A DNA stretch of 15,331 bases. It comes from a virus (Duplodnaviria > Heunggongvirae > Uroviricota > Caudoviricetes). Both the position numbers and the translations under genes were made by a program. The DNA lies in the IMG/VR virus record IMGVR_UViG_2648501437_000028; one strand, 5' to 3'. This document shows positions 7,500 through 14,113 of the stretch, in pieces. Position 1 is the stretch's first letter; each line of letters begins with the position of its first letter. The notes beneath the pieces were generated by a model. The model saw nothing but the letters and a program-made list of their open reading frames with translations, had not been told where the DNA came from and made no database searches.

Positions 7500-7712
7500 A
7501 AAAAAAGTCCTGGGGTTAAGTAAGGAACTCCAGGACGCGGCAAAAACTCAACCGTTTTTCATAAGGAAATCAGCAATCGCACCGATCGTTTTCCCGCCTG
7601 GTAATGAATATTGGCGAGAACATTAACAGGCGGAAAAGTGGCCCCAGCGTCCTGGCACCACGGGCGAGAATAATCATGATTCAGTTCGGGTAAAATATGC
7701 CGATCCGCTCAG

Positions 7713-7742
7713 TGAACAACGTGGAACAACCACGAACAAATA
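7713..7742. promoter_or_regulatory. Three 10-bp units GAACAACGTG GAACAACCAC GAACAAATAA upstream of the capsid operon
   Basis: Read directly; shares the 15-mer with 252-266; lies between the terminator after the PerC-like gene and the capsid leader. Confidence 0.45.
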
Positions 7743-7761
7743 ATTTACAAAACATGACAAA

Positions 7762-7779
7762 AAGCCGGATTGCTCCGGC
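7762..7779 (-). terminator. Probable intrinsic terminator after the PerC-like gene
   Basis: AGCCGGA-TTGC-TCCGGCT stem-loop followed on the minus strand by TTTTTGT. Confidence 0.5.
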
Positions 7780-7786
7780 TGTGTGA

Positions 7787-8059
7787 TTATCTGTCCTGGT
7801 AATTTCGCCATATTTCATTACCAGCACCATCCATACCCATTTCGGCATAAGTGCGATCGACCGCCTTTTTCAGGTCTCCGTAGTTATCCGGCGGCTCCGG
7901 TGGCCTCTGTGCCTTCCTGGAACATTCCAGCCGTCGCATCGTGATGTGATGCCGTTCCTTGTCTGTCTCCACCAGTTGCATGACTTCACCCCATCGCGCC
8001 GACGCTCTCCGGTAAAAGCCTTTCGCCTCCAGTTCTTCCGCTATGCGGTCATGTACCAT
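7787..8059 (-). CDS. PerC-family transcriptional regulator-like protein
   Basis: About 90 aa from the ATG at 8059 (the track start at 8068 is GTG); AEELEAKGFYRRASARWGEVM resembles the PerC/Pch N-terminal signature; GAGGGGTGGGG Shine-Dalgarno upstream. Confidence 0.6.
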   Translation of the reverse strand: MVHDRIAEELEAKGFYRRASARWGEVMQLVETDKERHHITMRRLECSRKAQRPPEPPDNYGDLKKAVDRTYAEMGMDGAGNEIWRNYQDR

Positions 8060-8071
8060 CGTCCCCACCCC

Positions 8072-8482
8072 TCAGAACGGAATATCATCACCGTAAGGGT
8101 CATCGCCTCCCGCTGGTGGCTGATTACCCTGTGTGCCTGTGGTCTTGCGTCGGCTCCCACCAGGACGTGCCGCACGGGCACTGATTACGCTGTCTGCAAT
8201 AACCTGATAACCCTGCCGCGTTTCCCCGTTCTGTCCGGTCCACTGGCTGACCTGCATCGTGCCGGATACGCTGGCAACGTCGCCTTTTTGATGTTTAGCC
8301 AGGAAGTCGGCCTGCTTACCAAATGCGATGACCGATAGCCATAACGTCGCCTGTCCATCCTGTGCCTGGCTGCATGGCAGCGATACCGCCATACGCGCCA
8401 GCGTCATCGGTGTACCCTTGCTGGTCTGTTTTACCTGCGGGTCGTCCACCAGCCGCCCGTAAGCTGCTATCTGTGCTGTCAT
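8072..8482 (-). CDS. ssb: Single-stranded DNA-binding protein
   Basis: 136 aa; Gly/Pro/Gln-rich tail ending in the acidic DDIPF motif characteristic of SSB; ATGA overlap with the upstream gene. Confidence 0.8.
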   Translation of the reverse strand: MTAQIAAYGRLVDDPQVKQTSKGTPMTLARMAVSLPCSQAQDGQATLWLSVIAFGKQADFLAKHQKGDVASVSGTMQVSQWTGQNGETRQGYQVIADSVISARAARPGGSRRKTTGTQGNQPPAGGDDPYGDDIPF

Positions 8483-8757
8483 GATTCCACCTCTCCGGTT
8501 TTAACGTTGATGGTTGTTACCTGTTCCGCTTCGGCAATCTCCCGCTCTGTCAGCGTGGCAAAATTTGCCGCCGTCGTGGTCATGAATGCGCTTATCAGTT
8601 CGGGATGTGCTTTCGCGTATCCTTCCCCCGCGTGGCGGTCTATCGTTCTGATTGCCACCTTTAAAGCGTGCTCTGTCATGTCTAACGCGCGATATTTCGG
8701 TTCTGTTCTGTCTCTGCGTTTTTTGAGTGATTTATTAAATTTCCCTGAAGTGTGCAT
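8479..8757 (-). CDS. Hypothetical 92-aa protein, first gene downstream of the putative ori
   Basis: ORF track; ATG at 8757 preceded by GAGGGGG; stop overlaps the ssb start. Confidence 0.5.
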   Translation of the reverse strand: MHTSGKFNKSLKKRRDRTEPKYRALDMTEHALKVAIRTIDRHAGEGYAKAHPELISAFMTTTAANFATLTEREIAEAEQVTTINVKTGEVES

Positions 8758-8804
8758 ATTTATTTTTACCCCCTCGTTTAAAAAGTTTTGAGTTGTGCCT
8801 CCCC

Positions 8805-9030
8805 TTGTCTACCTTATCTACCTTAGTGGCCCTCATACCAGTAATGGCGCGGCTTTCAGCGGGGTAGAGTGCTTTTATCCACTATCTACCCCGTGTCTAC
8901 CTCCCTGTCTGATTCAGGTAAAATCAGGTAGAGAGGGTAGATAGTGGGTAGACAGTAAAAAAAGGTTATCTACCTAACTTAATGCACTGAATTAAATGTA
9001 TTTTTCTTTACTCAGGTAGACAGGGTAGAC
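8805..9030. repeat. Iteron array (about 12 copies of GGTAGAC/GTCTACC-type 7-8-mers in both orientations) with flanking AT-rich stretches; putative replication origin
   Basis: GTCTACC 8805, TATCTACC 8813, GGTAGAG 8861, TATCTACC 8881, GTCTACC 8893, CAGGTAGA 8923, GGGTAGAT 8933, GGGTAGACAG 8944, TTATCTACC 8964, CAGGTAGACAGGGTAGACAG 9011-9030; lies immediately 3' of the primase gene. Confidence 0.6.
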
Positions 9031-9045
9031 AGCAATTACAAAAAA

Positions 9046-10800
9046 TTATAAAAACGCGTCGCACTCGTCTGTTGTTATTGCGTTAGTCTGCGTTACTCCC
9101 TTAACTTTCCGCGTAATATATTCATGTCCGTAAACTTTCGCGGCTGGCTTCATAGCCTTGCCAAAGTCATTTACGTTTAGCGGTTTGCTCCTGCCTGCGT
9201 ACGCCATAAACGCCAGATAGACGCGGTAAAGGCTGTTTCTGGTCGTGTACTTCACTGAATCGCCACCGCCGCCCATCATCAGGCCGCGTGCTTCCTCCAG
9301 AAAATTCAGGAACTGGCAAAACTCAATAACCGGATCCGTCTGTTGCTTTATTGCCAGAGCTTCATCACCGTCACGCTGTTCCAGTAGTAAAGCCCGTGCC
9401 TTCTCAGGGTCGGTAAAGTTCGCCAGCAATCGGCGGATAATGACAGGGATTTCAGCCGCGATCTTTTCCGGTAGCTCCCTGTCTTTTTCGGCCTCACTGA
9501 CGATATTGTCGAAACGGAAAATCACGCGACGACGTGCCACACCTCCGGCCCGTTCGGTGAATATCATCGGGTTATTGTTGGTCGCCAGCACCACCGCCCT
9601 GATTACCGCCGTGAAACGCTTTTCGTATTTCGGGTTAATTTCCACGGGGTCACCGCCCGTGATTTTCTTGATGCCCGTTCCTTCGCCTGTATATTTCGGC
9701 TGGTCAGCCAGGACGATAAGACGACTCCCGACAACCTGCGCACGTCCACCAGCATCATCAAGCGATGTCATTTCAGCGCTTACCGTGTTCTGTTTCCCTG
9801 CCAGAAGGCTGGCTATGTGTGTGAATGTACTTTTACCGCTCCCGCCGTCTCCGGTGGCCTCAATAAACATCTGCCAGTCGTACCGGTTCGCCATAATCAT
9901 GTACAGCGCGGCACATATACGCATCATCTTGCGCGGGTCTTTTCCGGCTGCGTGCTCAAGCCATTTATGAAAGTTTGGCGCGTTATCGCGGATGTTCTCC
10001 CCTGGTGCTGGTGGCGTGTACTCAATGCCGTTGTGCGTGGTGATCCAGTTCTCCGGCGTGTGCGGGGAAAATTCCCCCGTTTTCAGGTCAAGCGCACCAT
10101 TGGCGAACGGCAACAAATCGCCGGACGGCTCGCCCATTGGTTCGGCAATAACTTTTAACGCTTCCACGGCGTTATTGATTACGCGCTTGCTGAAAGTGGC
10201 CCTGTGCTCTGAATAGATCGCCACCATTTCGCGGCTAAGTTCCATTGTGCTGACCGGACACCATACCCCGCCGCGCCATACGTGAACGATTTCACTTTCA
10301 GGATGTACGCAAACGCCATCAAAGCGATCGGCAAGCAGCTGCGCGCGCTCACTGTCCGCCATCTGCGAAAGTTGCGCCTTTTGCTTTACCGGAAGCTCAA
10401 TGACCAGACCATCAGAAAGATTCTGGCGCTCACGGGCCAGATATTCGCGCCAGTTCTCCACCTTCTGACCGTGCATACCATCAGGGTAAAAATTTGCATC
10501 CTGTACGCCTGCCGCCGCCAGCTTCTGACCAATCGCCTTTATCATTACTGGCGCAAGATATCCGGCCCTGAATATGCGCACGGATTTTCTGCCTTCCGGC
10601 ACAATTTGCAGCTTATCCAGTTCGGATAACTGCTGCTCCCCAAGCCACACAGGAGGCTCATTATCTCCGGCCATACGCGCGTCATGTTCCTGCCATTGTT
10701 TTGCGTGTGACCAGGCATCACTACCCGCAAAAATAATGACTTCTGTTTCTTTGTGTTTTATGCCGCGTGACTGCTGTTTTACGTTCGGTGCCAGTTTCAT
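9046..10800 (-). CDS. Primase/helicase, P4-alpha-like (TOPRIM-like N-terminus plus SF3/D5-type NTPase)
   Basis: 584 aa; Walker A GDGGSGKST, Walker B-like LIVLADQ; N-terminal acidic primase-like segment; ATGA overlap with the upstream gene. Confidence 0.8.
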   Translation of the reverse strand: MKLAPNVKQQSRGIKHKETEVIIFAGSDAWSHAKQWQEHDARMAGDNEPPVWLGEQQLSELDKLQIVPEGRKSVRIFRAGYLAPVMIKAIGQKLAAAGVQDANFYPDGMHGQKVENWREYLARERQNLSDGLVIELPVKQKAQLSQMADSERAQLLADRFDGVCVHPESEIVHVWRGGVWCPVSTMELSREMVAIYSEHRATFSKRVINNAVEALKVIAEPMGEPSGDLLPFANGALDLKTGEFSPHTPENWITTHNGIEYTPPAPGENIRDNAPNFHKWLEHAAGKDPRKMMRICAALYMIMANRYDWQMFIEATGDGGSGKSTFTHIASLLAGKQNTVSAEMTSLDDAGGRAQVVGSRLIVLADQPKYTGEGTGIKKITGGDPVEINPKYEKRFTAVIRAVVLATNNNPMIFTERAGGVARRRVIFRFDNIVSEAEKDRELPEKIAAEIPVIIRRLLANFTDPEKARALLLEQRDGDEALAIKQQTDPVIEFCQFLNFLEEARGLMMGGGGDSVKYTTRNSLYRVYLAFMAYAGRSKPLNVNDFGKAMKPAAKVYGHEYITRKVKGVTQTNAITTDECDAFL

Positions 10801-11096
10801 TTTTTACCCCTGAATCCGTTAATCATGGTTTTCAGCTTCTGGATGTTTGCCCGTGCCCTGGCGTTGCTGGTGGACACGTTATGCGGCGCGGTCTGTACCA
10901 GAGAAAAATCACGCCGGAACTGATAAACAGGCATCACGCAATCATATTCGTAACCTTCACGGCGGTAGGTTACGCGCCGTTCTTCCACGCCCTTAATCAT
11001 TACCGTGCCGCCGTACTGGTCGCGGTAAATATCGCCGCGCGTAAATTTAGGGTGAGTGTTGCCACTGGCAGTTAAGCCAGAATATTTAAGTTTCAT
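10797..11096 (-). CDS. Hypothetical 99-aa protein, translationally coupled to the primase
   Basis: ORF track; GGAGA Shine-Dalgarno before the ATG at 11096. Confidence 0.5.
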   Translation of the reverse strand: MKLKYSGLTASGNTHPKFTRGDIYRDQYGGTVMIKGVEERRVTYRREGYEYDCVMPVYQFRRDFSLVQTAPHNVSTSNARARANIQKLKTMINGFRGKK

Positions 11097-11101
11097 TATT
11101 T

Positions 11102-11335
11102 TTATTCTCCGGTGTGCTGTTCTTTATATCTGTCGTGCAATAGATCTATTTCTTGCAGTTCCATTATTACAGGCTCAAGAAGCGTTATTAATGCCGTGGC
11201 AATTCTTGATTTTTGTTTGTCGCGTTCATTGTCGCCAAGTGTTTCAAGCCATATGCGCAATATTTCCAGCATGTTTTCACTGTGAGAAAGTGCAAGAAAT
11301 GCGCGGTCTATTGTTTCGTGGTAAATATCACGCAT
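11102..11335 (-). CDS. Hypothetical 77-aa protein
   Basis: ORF track; GAGGA before the ATG at 11335. Confidence 0.5.
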   Translation of the reverse strand: MRDIYHETIDRAFLALSHSENMLEILRIWLETLGDNERDKQKSRIATALITLLEPVIMELQEIDLLHDRYKEQHTGE

Positions 11336-11401
11336 GGCTTACATCCTCAGGAAATTTTCTTCTATAACGCGCCTCTGCCACATATTCCGCATAATCGGCG
11401 G

Positions 11402-11560
11402 CGATATTCAGTACATCAAGCCCCGTTGATTTATATTCTCTCGTGGAAAGTAAGAAAAAGCCGCTCTAATAAGTTCTGGCATTGACGAAAGCGCATCAGC
11501 CGCATCATCAGGAACGCCGGAAAATTCCTGTTTCAGGGAATTAAAACGATCATCACGCAT
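11402..11560 (-). CDS. Possible 52-aa small protein (below the track length cutoff)
   Basis: ATG at 11560 preceded by AGGGGGG and overlapping the upstream stop (ATGCGTGA); translates MRDDRFNSLKQEFSGVPDDAADALSSMPELIRAAFSYFPRENINQRGLMY. Confidence 0.3.
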
Positions 11561-11918
11561 GTTTACCCCCCTGAATGACCTGATAACCGCAACTGGTCAG
11601 CAACTCGATAAATTCCGGCAGTGTGCCGAAACAGCAATCATCACGCAGCCGTTCACAGGATACCTCGACGCCGTTTTCGTAGTGACTCACCATACATCCG
11701 GTAAAATGCAGATCATCATCGTGATGGCTCGTTGACGGCTTAATCAGTCGCGCACGTTCCGCCAGTTCCAGCAATGCTTCAACGCTTCCGGCAATTGCAC
11801 CATCCGGCAGGTGATAATTACGCACTATGCGCCCGTTCTCCACATTGACCAGCAACTGCCCGGTAAATTTCTCATCAAACTGAATGCTGTTAAGGTCAGA
11901 AATTGACAGATTATGCAT
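11553..11918 (-). CDS. Hypothetical ~121-aa protein
   Basis: ORF track gives 11553-11936; the internal ATG at 11918 has a perfect AGGAGG 7 nt upstream and overlaps the upstream stop. Confidence 0.5.
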   Translation of the reverse strand: MHNLSISDLNSIQFDEKFTGQLLVNVENGRIVRNYHLPDGAIAGSVEALLELAERARLIKPSTSHHDDDLHFTGCMVSHYENGVEVSCERLRDDCCFGTLPEFIELLTSCGYQVIQGGKHA

Positions 11919-12351
11919 GGTGCACCTCCTGCACATCAGCCATGATAATTTTTCCGGCCTTATCCAGTGCCTGATCGGCTTTTAGCTGCACAAATGCTAA
12001 ATGGAAGATGCATTCTGATTCTCTGGCTGCGTGTTTATGCGCCCTGTCAGCAATAACAGAAATATCAATAAGCGCGTGCATCAGCGTAGTGAGCGCGGCG
12101 GCGGCTGCGTCCGGTGTGGTTTTATTGCACATGTACCCCTCCGCATTTTTTTCGTTAGAAATAAGCGTTCTTCTTTCCTGTTCATCGCTCAGGAATACGC
12201 AGACCTCACCGCTAAGGCGTTTAAGTAAGCCGATGATTGCCCCTGATTCGCTGTCGGTCATCATGCTAGGGTAATCCTCTGCCAGTGCGCAAATAACTTC
12301 GATTTGGTGGGCGCGTTCTGCTGCCTGTTGTAGTGTGATTTCCTGGCTCAT
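11911..12351 (-). CDS. Hypothetical 146-aa protein
   Basis: ORF track; ATGA overlap with the upstream 66-aa ORF. Confidence 0.5.
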   Translation of the reverse strand: MSQEITLQQAAERAHQIEVICALAEDYPSMMTDSESGAIIGLLKRLSGEVCVFLSDEQERRTLISNEKNAEGYMCNKTTPDAAAAALTTLMHALIDISVIADRAHKHAARESECIFHLAFVQLKADQALDKAGKIIMADVQEVHHA

Positions 12352-12548
12352 AAGCCTACCCCCTGACGAATACGGGCAGCAAATACCATCACGCAGCCAG
12401 CCGGAGATTGCTGGCGTGCTTCCTGTTCGCTGGTGGCCTCAATGGTAATCACGCGCGGTTGTGCCGTGCTCAGGGCGATAAAACGCCAGATGTATTTATT
12501 CAGGTTGTGCGAGTCCCGCCCTTGCGGGTGTGTGGTATGATTTCTCAT
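12348..12548 (-). CDS. Hypothetical 66-aa protein, first gene of the leftward operon
   Basis: ATG at 12548 preceded by GAGGTAG; it is the 3' part of the 384-aa track ORF, whose upstream extension I reject. Confidence 0.45.
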   Translation of the reverse strand: MRNHTTHPQGRDSHNLNKYIWRFIALSTAQPRVITIEATSEQEARQQSPAGCVMVFAARIRQGVGL

Positions 12549-12583
12549 AGCTACCTCGATACTCTCGTTATCGTTGGTGGTTA

Positions 12584-12724
12584 GAAGCCCCGTTACTGCT
12601 CCAACAGTGCGGGGCTTCGTCGTTTCAATTGCTGAATTGCATGTATCAGCACTTGTGGTATTCACATTACATTTAGGTGAATACCATTTCAAGTCTTTTT
12701 TGGTATTCACTTTTGTATTACACT
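12584..12724. promoter_or_regulatory. Divergent control region: long hairpin GAAGCCCCG...CGGGGCTTC (12584-12618) and operator-like repeats TGGTATTCAC-N11-GTGAATACCA (12656-12686), TGGTATTCAC (12701-12710), GTATTACAC (12715-12723)
   Basis: Read directly; lies between the start of the leftward operon (12548) and the start of the RHH gene (12754). Confidence 0.5.
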
Positions 12725-12753
12725 GCATCCCGTTATTAATGGGAGGTGCAAAC

Positions 12754-13059
12754 ATGTCCAGGAGTTCTGTTAACAATAAGTCACAGCAACTGAATGCCAG
12801 ATTTCCACATGAAGTAGTGAGTGGCATTGAGGCATCCCTACAGTCAGGGGAAACTAAAGCGAATTTTATAGTTACGGCTGTACGCGGTGAGATCGCCCGG
12901 CGCCAGGCAGAAGGAAGTGGAGAAAATCCCCTGGTTTCTTCGCTCGATGCACTGGCGCAGGTGGAAAAACTCGGAATCAAAGCCGCCGAGGAGATCGGGC
13001 AGCTCGTCACTGTCGCACGTGAAGAACTCCAGCGCCGCAAGACCAAAGAACCAGAGTAA
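12754..13059 (+). CDS. Ribbon-helix-helix (CopG/Arc/MetJ-like) DNA-binding protein; candidate repressor of the switch
   Basis: 101 aa from the ATG at 12754 (GGGAGGTG Shine-Dalgarno); N-terminal NARFPHEVVSGIEASLQSGETKANFIVTAVRGEIARR fits a beta-strand/helix/helix pattern; the track ORF starts further upstream at 12574. Confidence 0.55.
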   Translation: MSRSSVNNKSQQLNARFPHEVVSGIEASLQSGETKANFIVTAVRGEIARRQAEGSGENPLVSSLDALAQVEKLGIKAAEEIGQLVTVAREELQRRKTKEPE

Positions 13060-13116
13060 TCACCATCAGCGCCGTGGTGTAAGGTATTACGGCGCATTGC
13101 TATGCAGGACAACACA

Positions 13117-13290
13117 ATGACCGATAAAGAATTGACCAAAACATTATCACCGGCACGGAAAAGACGGCGCAGAAAGATAGAGCATGAATCAGAAAGATTC
13201 GCGCCATGTGCTTTTGCCCTTGAGCAATTCCTTAAAGAGTACAGGGAAAAGCGCTCATTGCAGGTATGGCAACGAACTGAACCAGACTGA
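13117..13290 (+). CDS. Small, highly basic 57-aa protein
   Basis: ATG at 13117 with AGGAC upstream (track ORF starts at 13102); contains the RKRRRRK run; function unknown. Confidence 0.4.
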   Translation: MTDKELTKTLSPARKRRRRKIEHESERFAPCAFALEQFLKEYREKRSLQVWQRTEPD

Positions 13291-13385
13291 TTGCATTGCC
13301 CACCAGCCTGATAACGGCTATCATCCCCGTGCTTATGTTTGGGATCACACACACAAACGGCGCAGCGGGTTATCTGTTCAGAAAG

Positions 13386-13413
13386 GCGGCTCCATTTCGG
13401 GGCCGCTTTTTTT
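13386..13413 (+). terminator. Intrinsic terminator, possibly bidirectional, between the convergent plus-strand pair and alpA
   Basis: GCGGCTCC-ATTTC-GGGGCCGC stem (one G-U pair) followed by TTTTTTT on the plus strand; A-run on the other side. Confidence 0.6.
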
Positions 13414-13559
13414 ATACCTGAAAAACCCCAATTTTGTTGTTTTTCAGTTTCACCAGGGCGAACGAATCCCCGCCCACGTTCTGGCGTATATTCAATCTTC
13501 ATGGTTATAGCTCTGTGTTCAGATGATTGATGTGTGGCGGCTGCGTGCCGCCAGCGTGA

Positions 13560-13748
13560 TTAATGAACTGCCTTGCAGCTATCCTTCCAGGCCAGAACCT
13601 CGGATAAAGACCAGCCAACGGAACGACCGCCAAGTTTACGACGTGATGGGAATTGTCCGGCCTTTTCCAGGCGGTAGCGACACGTACGGCTAAGGCCGGT
13701 TAGTTTTTCGCATTCTTTTTCACGTATAAACCGATCAGTGCTTAACAC
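13560..13748 (-). CDS. alpA: AlpA/Vis-family (excisionase-like) regulator
   Basis: LTGLSRTCRYRLEKAGQFPSRRKLGGRSVGWSLSEVLAWK matches the AlpA-type winged-HTH pattern. I prefer the GTG start at 13748 (AGGGGGG 5 nt upstream, ~62 aa) over the track TTG start at 13829. Confidence 0.7.
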   Translation of the reverse strand: MLSTDRFIREKECEKLTGLSRTCRYRLEKAGQFPSRRKLGGRSVGWSLSEVLAWKDSCKAVH

Positions 13749-14020
13749 TATTGCCCCCCTTTCGTTTCTTAAAGAGTCATCAGGTGTCTTATTGTGTCGT
13801 ATTGTTCCCGCTAGAGTGATGAATGGCAAATACTGAGGATGTATGATTTACAGAAAATGAAACAGTAAGAATAAAATCTTTTAAATTCATGTTAATACAA
13901 AGGCATAAAATATTGTTCCATGCCTTTTTTCTCGCTCTTTAAAGAGTGATTCGCTAGTGTACAAAAAACCAGTAACACATTAAAAATCAGCTACTTATAA
14001 ATCCGTACGCTTTTTCGCCT

Positions 14021-14070
14021 CTTGTTCGTAGTTGTTCCACATTGTTGCTCATTGTTGCACGTTGTATCTG
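14021..14070. promoter_or_regulatory. Five TTGTT-containing 10-bp units in tandem (CTTGTTCGTA GTTGTTCCAC ATTGTTGCTC ATTGTTGCAC GTTGTATCTG)
   Basis: Read directly; TTGTTCCAC is the reverse complement of the GTGGAACAA core at 258-266 and 7721-7729; located in the int-alpA intergenic region. Confidence 0.5.
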
Positions 14071-14080
14071 TTCGCATATC

Positions 14081-14096
14081 CAGTATGCGCATACTG
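14081..14096. promoter_or_regulatory. Perfect 16-bp palindrome CAGTATGCGCATACTG just 3' of the int stop
   Basis: Read directly; no T-tract on the side that would make it an int terminator, so more likely a protein-binding site. Confidence 0.35.
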
Positions 14097-14113
14097 AAAA
14101 AACACGAAAAAAA

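Noticed and set aside
7786-7862. Apparent one-base frame inconsistency in the PerC-like gene during my manual codon walk
   Set aside because: The ORF track gives a continuous frame, and the neighbouring gene boundaries I checked by hand match it exactly, so this is most likely my own miscount of a homopolymer run rather than a real frameshift. It is why short-motif coordinates are quoted as +/-2 bp.
7946-8791. Plus-strand ORFs 7946-8338 and 8507-8791
   Set aside because: Antisense to the PerC-like gene, ssb and the 92-aa gene.
8805-9030. Possibility that the short repeat block is a CRISPR array
   Set aside because: Units are only 7-10 bp, occur in both orientations with irregular spacing, and have no unique spacers of uniform length; the pattern fits iterons.
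9245-10216. Plus-strand ORFs 9245-9970, 9817-10158 and 9992-10216
   Set aside because: They lie antisense inside the primase/helicase gene, with Ser/Arg/Cys-rich composition and no credible starts.
10282-12274. ORFs 10282-10629, 10545-10730, 10574-10813, 10767-11075, 11056-11367, 11213-11485, 12008-12274, 12031-12228
   Set aside because: Antisense or shadow frames over the primase and small-gene operon, which is coherently coupled on the minus strand.
12348-13502. 384-aa minus-strand ORF from the track
   Set aside because: Only its last 66 codons (12348-12548) have a ribosome-binding site. The upstream extension is Cys/Ser/Thr-rich low-complexity sequence running antisense through the RHH gene and the switch region, so it is almost certainly read-through of an open frame.
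12887-13530. Plus-strand ORFs 12887-13120, 13184-13510, 13339-13530
   Set aside because: Alternative frames over the RHH gene or spanning the terminator and intergenic region; no ribosome-binding sites.
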